A stretch of DNA of 64,000 bases from Zygnema circumcarinatum SAG 698-1b. Lineage: Eukaryota; Plantae; Zygnematophyceae. Shown here piece after piece: positions 23,301-36,680 of the stretch. The translations under genes were made by a program, and so were the position numbers. Where the stretch lies: the NCBI GenBank assembly GCA_037447605.1, contig CM074804.1:5929909-5993908 (forward strand). The letters are read 5' to 3'. The notes below the pieces were generated by a model. That model saw only the letters and a program-made list of their open reading frames with translations. It searched no databases and was not told where the DNA came from. Positions within the stretch are counted from its first letter, which is position 1. Each line of letters begins with the position of its first letter.

Positions 23301-26300
23301 ACTAACGGGGAATCTCCGGTATGGCTATTTCATCCGTTGCCTTTTCGCATCCTGCCGTATTATCATTTCTACTATTCATTCTTTTCATCCTATCATTCCA
23401 ATGCATTAGAGTACAAAACGTCCGCGGATCTGTAACCACCTTGGACTTTGACATTCTCATCATCTAGCAGGAAGATGGGCAGTGGTTTTGGACACCTTCT
23501 TGACAAATCTATGTTACTTTTCAGGTGGCAAGAGGGGGCCATAGCATAACAAAGATAGGAACATCCCTTTGGCTTTTTGGTGGTGAGGATCCGAGAAGAA
23601 GGCTGCACAATGACCTTCATGTTTTAGACATTCAGACTTGGACTTGGAGAACCATATCTACAAGGTATACAACTCGTGCATGAAATTTAAAGACCTCTTT
23701 TCCTTCCATTGTCCTTGGATTTGACAATTGACTGCCGTTTCCATTGAATTCAGTTTCCATTCCTTTCTGCCCTGTTTGGGTTTGTATGTCGCCTCAAAGC
23801 AGCACCTTTCCTTGGATATGACAATGGTGTTTGGAACTTGCAGTCAGACCGGTCCTCTGATGAAATTTTTTTCTGCTTTGGTACGGTTTGTCCTATTCAG
23901 TGGTGAAGCACCTTCTCCTCGCTCAGACCATTCGGCTGTGGTCCGCGAAGATCGCTACTTGACTGTTTTTGGGGGCGGTTCACACTCGATTTGCTTTAAC
24001 GATCTTCATGAGCTTGATACAGAAACGGTACATTCAGCATTCTGCACCATGCACATAGTCAATAGGTGGCTATAGTTTCTTTCAGTAGCTACTACATGAC
24101 AAGCTTTTCAGTTCATTTTGTCTGGTATGATCCTTGCCGATGCTAATAAGAGTTAGGTGATTGAGCAGGCTATATGGACACGAATTGAAGCAGGAGGCTC
24201 CATTCCAAAAAGTCGGGCGGGCCACGCTGGAGCACTTGTTGGAAACAAATGGTACATTGTCGGCGGTGGCGATAATCTAGGAGGTAATAACGTGTGCTTA
24301 GCAGAAGAATCTGCCTAATACATTCCATGTAAGCTCGAGAGCTGTAGCTGCACCTGTTAGAATAGCAAAATGGTCCGACGTGGGCCTCTGAGCGACTCTT
24401 CCATTTGAGTGAGAAATTTGAAAGAAGGTGGCCATTACGAAGACTAAAGGGAGAAAAAATGAGCTGCTGCATGGCACACAGTTCACCCAAATTGATTTAG
24501 ATTAGCTCATGTCAACAAGTTGAAGCGCACAGTAGTGGTTGAAGTTAGTCGAAAGAGGCTTGGAGAAACTTGTAAGGTTTTGATTTGACTGGTGTCTTTT
24601 TTCGCGAATCTGGTGACAAACTGGTGGTAGCGCAACCTATTGTGTACTTTTTGACTTGATTTCACTGGCTGTGTGGAAGAGAAAACTCACTTGTGATTGG
24701 CGGTACTTCATTTGACTAACTATGAGATGCTGTATCATGACCTATGTTGTCCTGCGTAGGGAGTCTGGAGACAATGATGCTTGATTTTGATAGTTTCAAA
24801 TGGTCATTGGTGGCGACGGTGCCTGGCAGGACAGCCATTTCCAGTGAGGTGGGCACCTCGTCACAGAACTTTCTTAGGCATGCTTTCGTTCTCTTTTTTT
24901 CGCTGTTTTTTGTTCAACATGGATGCTGAAGTGTTATGTGGGCTATAGTAAGTTTAGTGTTGCTAACGCCTGATTACACTCTCTGGAAGTTCTGATGCTT
25001 TGTGACTTTGAATACCCGTCTGATGATTTCAGGGCCTAAGTGTAGTTGTAAGCGGAGAAAAGGAGGAGGCTATATTGTTCTCGTTTGGAGGCTACAGCGG
25101 ACGCTATCACAATGAGGTAATTGTCATCTTCCTTGGTGGCTCTGACCTTTCTATGTACATAAACACACATCCATCATTAGCTTTGAAAAGAGTATCAGTA
25201 CTACGCCGATTATTCGTAAAGAATTGACTCTGAGGGTTGTGTTGAGCCAATCCGTTTAAGGCAAAGCCCGCAGTAGACAATGCGTAATATTTTCACCGGT
25301 TGTTAGCACACTTGGTTGCTTGCATTCAGCCATTTACACTGGAAGCAGTTACCTAGATAAACTTTTTAGACAAATATTCTTGTTTTTTCATGGTTAATCT
25401 ACACTTGGATAGCCCTTCAACCTTTCCTTAGTTCGGCCTTGCAATCACATCACTGGAGATTGCAGTGCGAAGGTTGTTTATTATTTGCATTCAGTGCTTA
25501 CTTTCCTGTATCTTGACTATTTTGTAACCTTCCAGCTTAGGCGAAAATGGGAAGATAGGGTAGCAAGTGCCTGTATCAATCAGCTTCTGGGGCGTGAAGC
25601 GCATGTGTTTGATGTTCAAGAATATTGCAACTGCAATGAGAGCTGTTGTGAGCTGCTTCCTTGCGGTCAGATTGCAGCTTCATATCTACAAAGTCTATCT
25701 GCTGTTCTTTCACAGTTCTGCTCTCAACACGGCACTACAGTGCCGCAGTGACAGTGCTGTAGCCGTACACACTGGGAATACTTTTCGGCTCTTTCTCACT
25801 CACATTGGGGATAGATGAGGACAAGTAGGAGTCAGGGTTTTTTTATCAACACCTCCTTTGAGGTGGCCACTGCAGGTGAATGCCTTTCAACCAGGAGAAG
25901 TCGTTGAGAAGCCCAAGAGTGAAACTCCAGCTTCTAGTGAGCAAGTACAAACAGAGGCGCAGAAGAAGCCGGTAGACTCTCCAAACCCAGAGGGAACAGA
26001 AGCAGCCAAGTCGGAAGAGCTTACCTCTGCAGAAACTGAAGCAAAGGAACAGGAAAGGGAACTACAAAGGCAGCTGGAGGAGGCTACGGAACAGGCAGCA
26101 AAGGTCGAGAGAAAAGCATTGGATGTATGTCTTCGCCACTGCTTATGCGTTTTTCATTGTGATGCTCGTTCTAATGTTTTGAAGTACTCCTATGCATATC
26201 TGACTTTGTTTTCGAGTTCGCAAATAATTATGGGTCATACCGGTTGTCAAAGTTTTAAAGTTCTCCTAAGCCTTATTTCTCCGTCTGCCTGCAGTTAAGG

Positions 26301-28273
26301 GCGGATGCGGAGTACATTGCAGCAAAGGTGAGGACTCAATTATTCATCTGTTTGTTTCCTGTGCTGACGAATAGACTTGGTTTTGCATGAGATTGAGCAT
26401 CTCCAGTGCCTTCTTCAGAAAACCTTTGAAACCTTAAGGTATCTGTCACCCAGTGCTTTCTACTTGATGCTGTATGCAGTTTCACATCAAAGTCCTCCTG
26501 TTTTGTTTTGGTATGGGCTGTTCGCTTGACTGTTGATGTGGAAGTCTTGGGTGCAGGCTAAAGCGGATGCATGGCTCGCAATTGGAAAGGTAACTCTCTG
26601 CCTGGTCAATTGGTTAGACTCTGTGGGTTGCTGCAAGCGAGCTTCCATGGCTACTTGACTTGTAATATCTGGCAGTGGCATGCACATTCTTTCCATCAAC
26701 ATCATCCTGTTGCCGGTATTTGTTCCTTTTATTGATCTTGAATAAATTCACAGGTTAAGATGGAGGAGGAGTCCCTGAAAGAGAAACTGTTAGCCACTCT
26801 TAAAGCGAAGGAACAGACGGATTCACAGCTGGAGGAAGTCCGGCACGCACTTACAGGCGCACACACGGAGTCTTCTCGGCTTCGCAAGGATCTGCAAGAG
26901 TGCCGGACACTTCTTGCCGAAGCTCAGATTCGTGCCTTGAGAGTGGAGGAGAATGCTGAGATGGTGAAAATGCAGAAAGATTACGCTGCTGCAAAGAATA
27001 TTCTAGCCGACACTGAACAGGTGAGTCGAGACTGAACTTTCGATTTTCAGGATGTCTTCCTGGCATCATATGGGGCTTCAATTATATTCTGAAGCATAGC
27101 CAAAGGCTGACACTTACGTATGTTAAGGAAGGCAAAGAGCGTCGGAAGATGAGGATCTTCTGCGTTCAAGAGTAAAACCATTCTTTAAGCAAGTTAAGAT
27201 TAGGCTTTTCAATACTTAGGCTGACGACGTCAGTCGTATGAGACCAAGTCTGGTATCGCTTGTTTGATGAAATCACATACTGATGTACATTACTTTGACG
27301 TTCTCACGTATCGATTTGATGAAGACTGCACTAGCTATATTCTCATGTGAATGTAATTCACTTGGGTGGTCTAGGTTAAGCCACGTAACAACAATTTACC
27401 ACCCCCTTTTTTTAGGCGTCGTGAATGTTACCTCCACATGTTGTATTTGCCGATGTAGCTTTAACTGTGATATAATACTAGGTGAACAAACTAGCTGTTG
27501 CCAAATCTGACTGCGTGCTTTGGTACGCGACGGACAGGAACTTTGCAGGGTGGGTGAAGGGCACTTTGTCTGACTTTTTTGGCGAACATTTTTGTCGTTT
27601 GACAATCACATGGCCTTGGTTGTGATGCTGGACTGAAGCCTGATGAATCAACTGGAGAACCGAGTGGACAACATTCCTGGACCAATGAGCCTCACTCTAA
27701 ATTATCAGTTCGCTGGGAACTGGATTTCATCGCATTTTTTTTCTTTGACCTTATCCCATTTGCATAACCTTCTCTTGGAGGAGTGATAATTTAAAACTCA
27801 AATGCGGTCTAAAGGGCACTTCCTTGAGCTTACACATGAAGATGTGGGGTCTGCAGGAACTCCTTTCTGTTCGTGGCACTCTCGCTGGAGAGCAGGCACG
27901 ATGTTTCCGATTGGAGGTACGGTTGTGCCCCTACCCTGTGCACTATGTGATCTCATCATGGAGTGCTCGAATCTGCAGTACGCACTTCAGGTTGTGTATG
28001 TGGGTGTGTGTGTGTGTGTGAGAGAGAAGGGGAGAGAGTCTTGGCCCATTTTTTAAAAGGAAAGAAAAGCGGTGCGTTGCGCAGGTGGAGGTAGCAGAGC
28101 TGCGGCAGCGGCTTCAAGGCTTGGAGTCTCTGGAGAGGGAGGTGGATCTCCTCCGGCGGCAGAAAATGGCGTCGGACGAAGCTGCGGCGGCGGTGGCTGC
28201 GGCGGCCGCTCAGAAGAGCGCTCCCGGAGTGTGGGGATGGTTGGCGGGCCCCGCGCCCAAGCCCAACCCGTGA
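20372..28273 (+). CDS. ACBP4: Class IV acyl-CoA-binding protein with Kelch repeats and coiled-coil C-terminus (ACBP4/5-like), multi-exon
   Basis: N-terminus YPDRFYAAA..LLLYSLYQQ|ASYGPC..KW..W..LG.M...EAMRLFVRTLEEEDP.W. Kelch exons: FIGGNGNGRFLND, ARGGHS..LFGGED, PSPRSDH..VFGGGSHSICFNDL, RAGHAG..WYIVGGG, FSFGGYSGRY. Ends GVWGWLAGPAPKPNP*. Confidence 0.93.
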
Positions 28274-29183
28274 GCCGCTGTACAGGGAGGGGTTGCCACA
28301 AGGATGACATCAGCCTGGGGTAGGTAGCGGCTTTTTGGAGGGCATGACAGCAGGCCTGTCGGATGCGCCTTCATTGGGCACTTGAGTTTAGGCTGTAGGA
28401 GGAAGGCGGGGCGTGACGTGGCGGGTCCATGTGTCCGCTGCATGGTGTGGTGGATCCGTTTTGCTGTTTTTGGAGGTTCTTTTGGGGCAGAGCTTGTAAG
28501 CAAAATTCATCCGGAAGCGGATGGTGTGAAGTTGCAGGATGGAATGGCTCGCGTGGAAGCATGCACACCTTATAAAAGCATTCTGTAGAGCATGCTAAGT
28601 TGAAGCACTGATTTAAACAGGCTTTCTTTAATCTTTTTTATAAAAACCCACGACGGAATATTGGAAGCCAACCATTGTCTGTCCGCCGGAACACTATCCT
28701 GTGGTATGTCAGGTCCTTGTGCATGGAACGCCGTTTAAGCAAATCATTGAATTGGGCAGCCGTACACCTAGATGAGCTCGTAAAAAAGCTCCTTCCCGAC
28801 CCCCTCGACTTAGAAGGTACGCCTTTAGCGAGCACAGAGGAAGCTTTATACTGAGAAAGACGAGTTGGAAGACTCGCATCGAGGTTGTTGAACCGCCCCG
28901 TAAGATGTCAGAAACGTTTGAAACCCTAAAAACTCATGAGCCTAACGAAGCCCGTATGTGTTCTCCAAGTTAGTTCAGTTCCGATCAGAATAATAGGTTT
29001 CTCAAGGCACACTTTAAGTGTACGGACATACAATTCGACAAAATAGTTCCAACCTCACAATATGAATAGGCCGTTGCGGGCCAAAGGAGTTGATGCCAGT
29101 TATTGCCACCCCAGAGGCACAATGTCGCACAATCTCACCTCTAAAAAAGACGATGTCCATTATCACGAGTTTTTCGTTTTCAG

Positions 29184-29210
29184 TTTTTAGGTTTAGGGTT
29201 AGGGTTAGGG
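29184..29210 (+). repeat. Short interstitial telomere-like run
   Basis: TTTTTAGG TTTAGGG TTAGGG TTAGGG. Confidence 0.7.
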
Positions 29211-31340
29211 TAAAAACAAAACTAATGATAAACGATGAAATATTGAAGCACATTTAAAGAAAGTACAAATGAAAATTTTGCACTGTTGCGAAATGCGCAA
29301 ATGGGTTTGGACAGTGATCTGGAACCTCGTTCAAAGGACAGCAACGAGGACCACACCCAGGCACCACGCACTGAGCATAAATTTGAGTAAATTTTATTCC
29401 AGGTAAACTGAAATTGTTACATAAAAAAAACCCTGGACGAATCCATTCACAGCTCAATCGCTGCAGTCAGACAGGTCCTTGTAGTAAGTGAAATCCTATC
29501 GATCTGAGCGTCAGTCTTGAAGGGAACTCTTAGGCGTGCACAGAAAGCCTTCGTCAAGAACAATGCGGAAGCGGCGGGGTCACTGAAGAATGCTTCAGGA
29601 GAGTACGGAAGGCGGACTGCGGTTAGGGCTGCGGTTAGGCGACGTGTCCGAACATTGGGGAAAGAAAGGATCCTAATCGCATGGGTTGGGCTTTCTCCAT
29701 GGAGTGTCCTCCTTGCAGCTGCAAAGCGCGCGGACGGAGCTGCTCCAAGACTGCACAGTGAGAGTGTGGGGTTTCTGGGGGCAGAGGGACCTTTCAAGAA
29801 AGTGCTGTGATTCCATTCAAGTCCTCCTGTGGGCAGTTGTCACGTGCCAAGGGCTCCTGGGGAGCAATAGTAGGTGGAAACGAAGGTGCCGACGAGTCAT
29901 CGTCAAAGTCTCCAGCCCGCCCCTCACATGCTGCAATAGGCCACAGGAGAGGGATCGTCAGTTCCATATTCTGTCAGAGAAAGAAGCCTCCATCCATAAG
30001 CCCAGAACAGGACGATGCCGACGTAACAATTCAGGTTTCATCCCCGGTACAGACTCAAATGGATCATCTATACATGACATACACCTGAAAGGCTGGCAAG
30101 GACGACTTAGCCGATTGCTTTTCACCACAGCCAACTTCTCATTACAAAGACAGAAGATGCCATCTCATCGATGCCATTGTCATGGAAGTTATGGAAAACA
30201 AGCATTTTTTGAGAAGACAATAGAACATATGCGATGAGCGGTAAAATAAGCTGACAAACGTGATTTTTCACGCAGGCCAATCATTCACCCTGTGTTCAAG
30301 ATATCTGCACGATTCCAGCCATTCCTTTCTCCATTCTATGAGAAGCATTACGCCCAATTACAAGCCCCCCAGCCTATGCTGCATGCGCATGCTTCGATAC
30401 ACGAGGCAAGCGTGTTCACCTCGCAACAAACAACGGCGCCTCACAGTGAGTCTCTCAATCGATTGTGCATAAAACCCAGGTTATTAACCCTTTGGAATGG
30501 ATCACGTAGGCAAGCCCGACCATGGAACATCTTCCAAGGTCTCAAGCAGGCCTTTTGGCTAAATAGGAAAGGTTAAGGTTTGCAGTCTAACAAGTGATAC
30601 AACCTAGCTGTTGACATAAAAAGCCGACACAGGAGAGAGGCATGAATAGCTTCAGCTTCTCCACATCGGGACACAAACCTGGCTGTCAAGACGGCTCCAG
30701 CAGCCCAATGGACTTAGCCGCTGAGACATCAAGCTACCCATAATGTGATCCATTTGCTTGGATGGAGGGCAGTCGCTTCAACTGTGCCATAATCAAGTAC
30801 AGTAGGTTGTAGGCGGCACCCCATCCAGACCGATAGATCTTCACACTGGTCACTTGAGCTATACGTAGATCGGGAAAACCACTCTCTCGGGCTTGCAAGA
30901 GCACAGCCGTATGCATAAGAGTAAACGACCAGAAGTGATAATGCACATGCGTTTCCGCAGATTGCACAGCACTTACCAGGCAATACTCCTCACTTCTTGC
31001 CAGCAAAGAGGTGAACGGCTGCCTGACCGTGCACTACTGACTTAGTTGTCCTTCAACCCGAAGCCTCAGATACAGCCTTGTCATATCTCAAGTGACCACG
31101 TGCGACTATGGGTTTCCTCCAAGTCGTGCCGAGCAATTCTATCATCCATGCAGGATTTGACATAATGCCGCCTTTCCTGTTCCAGAAACCCTGCTCCTAA
31201 TACTTTCCTGAACCAGCGTTATGGAAAGCAGGCGTCAAGTAGACAAAACGAGGACATACGATTCTGTTCGAACTGCGGTGGAAGTAATGGCACACCTTTT
31301 ACGGGCCAGCGAGCGACTGGTGAAACATCAGGGGCTATAC

Positions 31341-34300
31341 TTAGAGCCCTGTCTTAAAGAGGGGTGCCGTGGCTATCCCAGAAACTGGAGAAGGCCGAGG
31401 CAGAGGGCGTGGCGGGCCTGATTTGGAGCGCAGAAGGCGTCTCAGGTAGGTGAGAGGCTTCTTCGGGAATATGGTTGCAGCCTTACCCGCATTTACCAGG
31501 ATGACAATGCCGGCCACAATCAAACCCCTGCAAAAGGAAGAAGTCTTTTCACAATTAGACAATGTTCTGCTCAGCCAAACCAAAACTGATACTAGTCGTA
31601 CTGGATGAAACAGCGGCAGCATCGAAAGGAGCCATATCTCGTCAGGCTTGACCAAATCAAGAAATATATTGTGCGACACATTTTCCAGCTCCATTTCGCC
31701 TTTATAAATGTTGCAGAGCGAAAGGCAAGCGAGTAGCGCTATTTATCAATTAGGTATTAAAGAGACAAAAAGACTGCATTGAGGATTGCCAATCGTCTAG
31801 GGTGGCTTCTTGAGTGCCGTGATTGCAGTTGAAAGCAATGAGCTGACTGTTTTGTAGGACTGCCTGCCCTGCAATCCCATCATGCAACCCACCAGCTCGT
31901 CAGGCGTATTCCTCTGGCAAAGGGGGAGCGAGGAAGAGTCTCTCCAAGGGCCACCATTCCCACCAGCACTCCGGTCAGAATGGACGCCACAGCTGCACAT
32001 GTAGACACCACGACTGCTCTGCCCTCTTTGAAGCCACGATTCTGCAGGAAAATCCCATCACTGAAAGCATTAAAGGTTATAAAAACCAGCTGTCAGGCAA
32101 CTACAGAAATGGTTCTTTAATGATGATACTTGCCGCCTGTGACAACTGCAAAACGGGTGGAATAAGTCAGCCTTGCACCAAATTAGTTAACATGACTGGC
32201 TCATTTGTAAATCATACCTGGCAAAAGAATCCACTGCTACTCAGAGACACTCCAATCGCAATGCCAAGGGGTGCGAAGAGTTTGGAGTATCCTCTGCTGG
32301 CAAGCATAAAGCCGGTCTTGCATGAAGCCGCTGACATTCTGCAGTCCAACGAACCAAATAAAATTACTGAGAAGGGAGAGAATCATTCTCCAATTCTGTA
32401 TGCCAAAAATCTCTGAGCTGTACAACACAAGGCCACTATGCTCCTTTCCACCATTTATCATACCGAACACGGCCCAAAAAACAGCGCAGACAAGGTGGCC
32501 TGAGCACAGCTTCTGCCTATAAGTACCAATTACACACCCAAAAAAAGCGCCAGCTTGGGTGCCAGTTGCGACCTCCTCCATGACATCTGCATGCCCAGCC
32601 TGCAGGTATTGCAAATATGGCCATCAACCTTCCCGGAAACAATTCAAGGTCTGAAAATTTGACAAGCTCTGCTTTCTACACATGTCCATGTTCATTCTGT
32701 CTAGAAAACCCAAATGGGCATTCGACTTCCAAATACTTCAGTTATCAGGAAGTCCCGAGCTTAACACGACTCCCATACAGTGCTACATGCACAAGCAGAG
32801 ACAATATTGGCGAAGTTTCAAGGAAACCATTGATTACAAATCAGAACAACAGCAATTCAACCAATCCCCTCAGCACTATCGACCCGTTGACCGGTTGTAT
32901 GCCCTTGTTCAAAAATATAAAGACTCCGCTCCTTGAAGCTTACACTCAGACTATATCTGTTGTTAGGCGTGCACTTGCTTTGACATCCAGAGTGCATCTC
33001 GGTTCATTGATGGTCAATGTATTTAATAAGCATGTACACCAGCTAGGTCGCTAACCGCTCCTCCTCATAATGCGATAAGACGAATCACAAAGCTCGAAAG
33101 GAGAATGTAACTAAATGGAATACTACTGAGTGAAAGTTTGCAAGAAACGGTCACATATGTGAAGAAAAAACTAAACCTTAAGGATAAAAACATCTCCATG
33201 AAGCTAACTTTACATTGGAAATGGCATACTTTTAAAAGGCTAATGTAGTGCAAGGAAGAAGCGCAAATTGCAACGTGTCGATTGACCATCTCTGAACTGC
33301 TATGCTCACTTAAAAAAACGAATTAAGCTCCCTTTTCTGCTTTGAGATTTTAAGTCTATTCGATAACACTAATCAGCATTCAAGTTTAACTTGCGCTAAT
33401 CACACTTGCATGGCTGGATATAGACATGCCGTCATGCGCTATGCGTCTGTACTGTCAAAAACAGGAGCTGAACCTCATTAATGGTCCTTCCTGAAGTGAG
33501 CTACACCTGACATACATTTAGCATTTCTTTTGTTCTTGCCATCGAATACAGGCTAGACCATAGCACGTCCATGAAGTAACCATGAAACTGGATACCTGAA
33601 GTCCTCAAGTCATTCGCGTACATGGGCCGAGGAACATAGGATAAGACTATTAAGACTAGACTATTGCCTTACTTTGCTTACATGATCCTGAGCTGGATAC
33701 AAGATCCTGATGCTTTCAAGAGTGAAGTTTAAGAAAACGAACAGCTGACATACCAGAAGTGGCGTTATTGGAGAAGATTGCTCATGTGCTTTTCTCCGTA
33801 TCTTGAAATCTTGAGCCCACCATTCCAGCATGCCCTGCATAGACCCATTCGCAACTGAAATATTGATTGCCAGACTACCCTTGTCCTTAATATAGACCAG
33901 TGTCAAGAATCGGCTTTTTGCATTTAAAAAAAAACACAATAGCATGACTTTCTCAGTTCTACTTCAAAAAACTCATAAGTGTAAGCAAGCAAACGTGGCT
34001 AATTGGTGGGAATGCTGACGCCAAGCACTGCATCGTCCTGACTTGAGCTGACAATTGATTGCGATGAAGTCGGACTGGCAAAATGATCACGGTGAATCTA
34101 TCTGACATCTTTTCAGAGAGATTACTTGGCAAAATACACCTTTACACCTTTGCTTCTTTCAACTCCTGATCTTCTACCTGGCTTCTCTATGTGCAGGATA
34201 TATGAGTCAGGATTATCGTGTACAGTATTGCTATGTTCGAGGACAAACACCAGGAACTGAAGCAGCCTGATTAGGCAAGGGAGTCGTCACAATCGACCAA

Positions 34301-35553
34301 AATAACGCCTCCATGTAATCTGTCGGAGTCACAGCTTCTCACCAGAAGCACAGCCAACCAGAAGACGAACATGAATAGTCGCAATAAAGAGACTGTTTCT
34401 GTTGATTCTTTGTCATCCTCACCCGTCATCCCAACACCTGCAAAAACCACGAGATTACAACACCTTAGCAGTCGACGTGATGAAAGATCAGCCCGAATAG
34501 CTCCTATTGACGTGGATATTCTGGCTTACATGTCGGTGAACTAATTTCTTGTATTTGCTCCAATGTCAAGATAAGCTGCCAGTTTCTGCTCATTCACATC
34601 CGCCCGGTAACAACAGTATCCTCACCGATCGTCCCTGCAGCTGCTAGCGCCACACCAATCCAGTCCCGTGCATACATCGCTTCATGTAGGTAGAAATGGG
34701 AGAAAACTGCCAGTATAGCTAGCCCACATCCAGAAACTGGTTGCACAACTGAAACCTGCTCAGGCAAAAAGACCAATCAGAAAAAAACGAAATTGGCAAT
34801 GTCAGAGGCTGCAGAAATGGGAAAACATGACCTTACGAGCGACTCTTGACATGCGAGAAGCAAAATCCAAAAATATTTCGGCGAACACCCTTTTGCCTCT
34901 ACCTAGGTACACTGGCATACCCACTCAAGATTTGTTCTGTAGAACATAAAAAAACTGCTCAATACGCTACATAAGACATTGCTGCTCCCTGAGGAGATGT
35001 GACCTTTAGGTCTATTTAACCAGAACAATACGGGCAAACTTTAAAACAGGCGGCAGGTCTCAGGGGACATCTCCAAGAGAAAAAGTCAATGGCAAAATCT
35101 AAAACATGGTCGACCAGTGCCAAGAAGACGTACAGGAGCTTGAGCCACTGCCTCCAGCATGAGCAGTGCTCCGCTTACGTCAATGACAAGTCCAGCGACC
35201 CAAGTGCTATTTGAAAGATATGCAATTAGAACCTGCAACAACAACAGCGAAATGATAAGCAGGCTGTTTGCAATTTGTCAGTGCATGACTTACAGAAAGG
35301 TCAACACTGCTGCGCCCACCCAGCCCTCGCATCCACTGGCTCCCATCCAGATTGCCCACCAAGTTACTTGCCGAAGGTGCGACATATGGCAGACTTGCGT
35401 GGCCGTGATTGTACCTTAAAACTGTGAAACCAGCAGACTTACTTTTCTATCCAACGACAATCGAGGCAGGCCTCTGGTTCCCTTCTTTTGTAAAACTTTT
35501 CCGATATTATTGCCTGCTGCAGCAAGCACTGTAAGCAAAACAGCTTGCCACAT
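31341..35553 (-). CDS. NIPA9: Probable magnesium transporter, NIPA9-like (DMT superfamily), multi-exon
   Basis: Exons read [25 protein letters not shown]; [16 protein letters not shown]; [23 protein letters not shown]; [14 protein letters not shown]; SSSGFFCQ|[31 protein letters not shown]; last exon ends at 31341. One or two loop exons between about 34340 and 32600 are uncertain. Confidence 0.88.
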
Positions 35554-36680
35554 TTCGAGAGTTGATACAGCAGCTCTTGGTACTTTTCCCCCCTGTTGTG
35601 AAAGATTTTGCAAAAGATGGAGTTGAAAATACTCTGGCACATGCGTCCGGCATTCAATTGAAGGATCCGGTTGAGAAGATTCAGGAGCTACGCATAGTAA
35701 AGCAAAACGGAGAAGTATAGCAATGTTGCCCACATCAAAGAACATAACTAGAATATCCTAAAGTTGAAGGCTCCTGTGGGAAATAGCTTCCGTGATTGTT
35801 TTTATCTGTGGTTGTCCGACGGGAAGAATTTCCATTCGTCCTTTCGCCCGTTCAACCAGCTTCTTCACAATGCTGTGCATAGATACTGCCTCAAGTATCA
35901 CACTTTCTGCATTTCACTCCGTTTACGAAACGTGGCCGCTCGCTAGGCTAAAATCTACGAAATTCAAACGCTCCTTCCAGCTCCTGCAAATGATCTGTTG
36001 CGACAGTCCTCGTGCTTCTCTTCAAATCGTTATCCGTCGAGCCTCGCCACAATCACCTGTCAGCGAGGATGCCTCTCTGCGTTCATTCCGATAGACTAAA
36101 CAACGCTTAAGAAACGTCATTTCTTTCGTTCCTAATGTTCCCCGTCCTCTGCAAGGAAACAGGCCTCGCCTCTGCCTGAGAACCGTGGAGAGCTCACGCC
36201 TCCCTCTGCCACTGCATGCTAGTCGTGACATTCAGCATGGAGCACTGCAATCAGATGACACATTTCTTCCCTGACGCCTTCCCCCGCTTGCAATGGCGGG
36301 CGGTATCCTCCTCCTCCGTATGAAAGAGGCCTCTTCTGAGCGACGTCAAGAAAGCAAAGCAAAGCGCCCGACGGAGGATAGCAAATTCTGTAAATTCTTT
36401 CCAGCAAAAAACAAATTTCCGGCATCCACTATGAGCTCGTTCTCCACGCGTGTGAGGGCGGCCTCCCATTGGCCCAATTCCTGACACGTCACGGGCGGCA
36501 CCAAGGTTTGAAAACTTGGTCCAATGAGACAGCCCCTTCACATGTGTCTGACTTTTGCGAGACGTCTTCCGGCACGTCCGCGTGCGCGTCCCCCGCAAAG
36601 GGAGCGTCCGCCGAAAGGATACAGGCGGCAGCGCGCCCCCCAAGTCCCGAGGCTCTTCAAGGGGGGGCCTGCACGAAGGG

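Noticed and set aside
29686-30237. DCTVRVW resembling a WD40 repeat
   Set aside because: Isolated motif with no other WD repeats or supporting exons.
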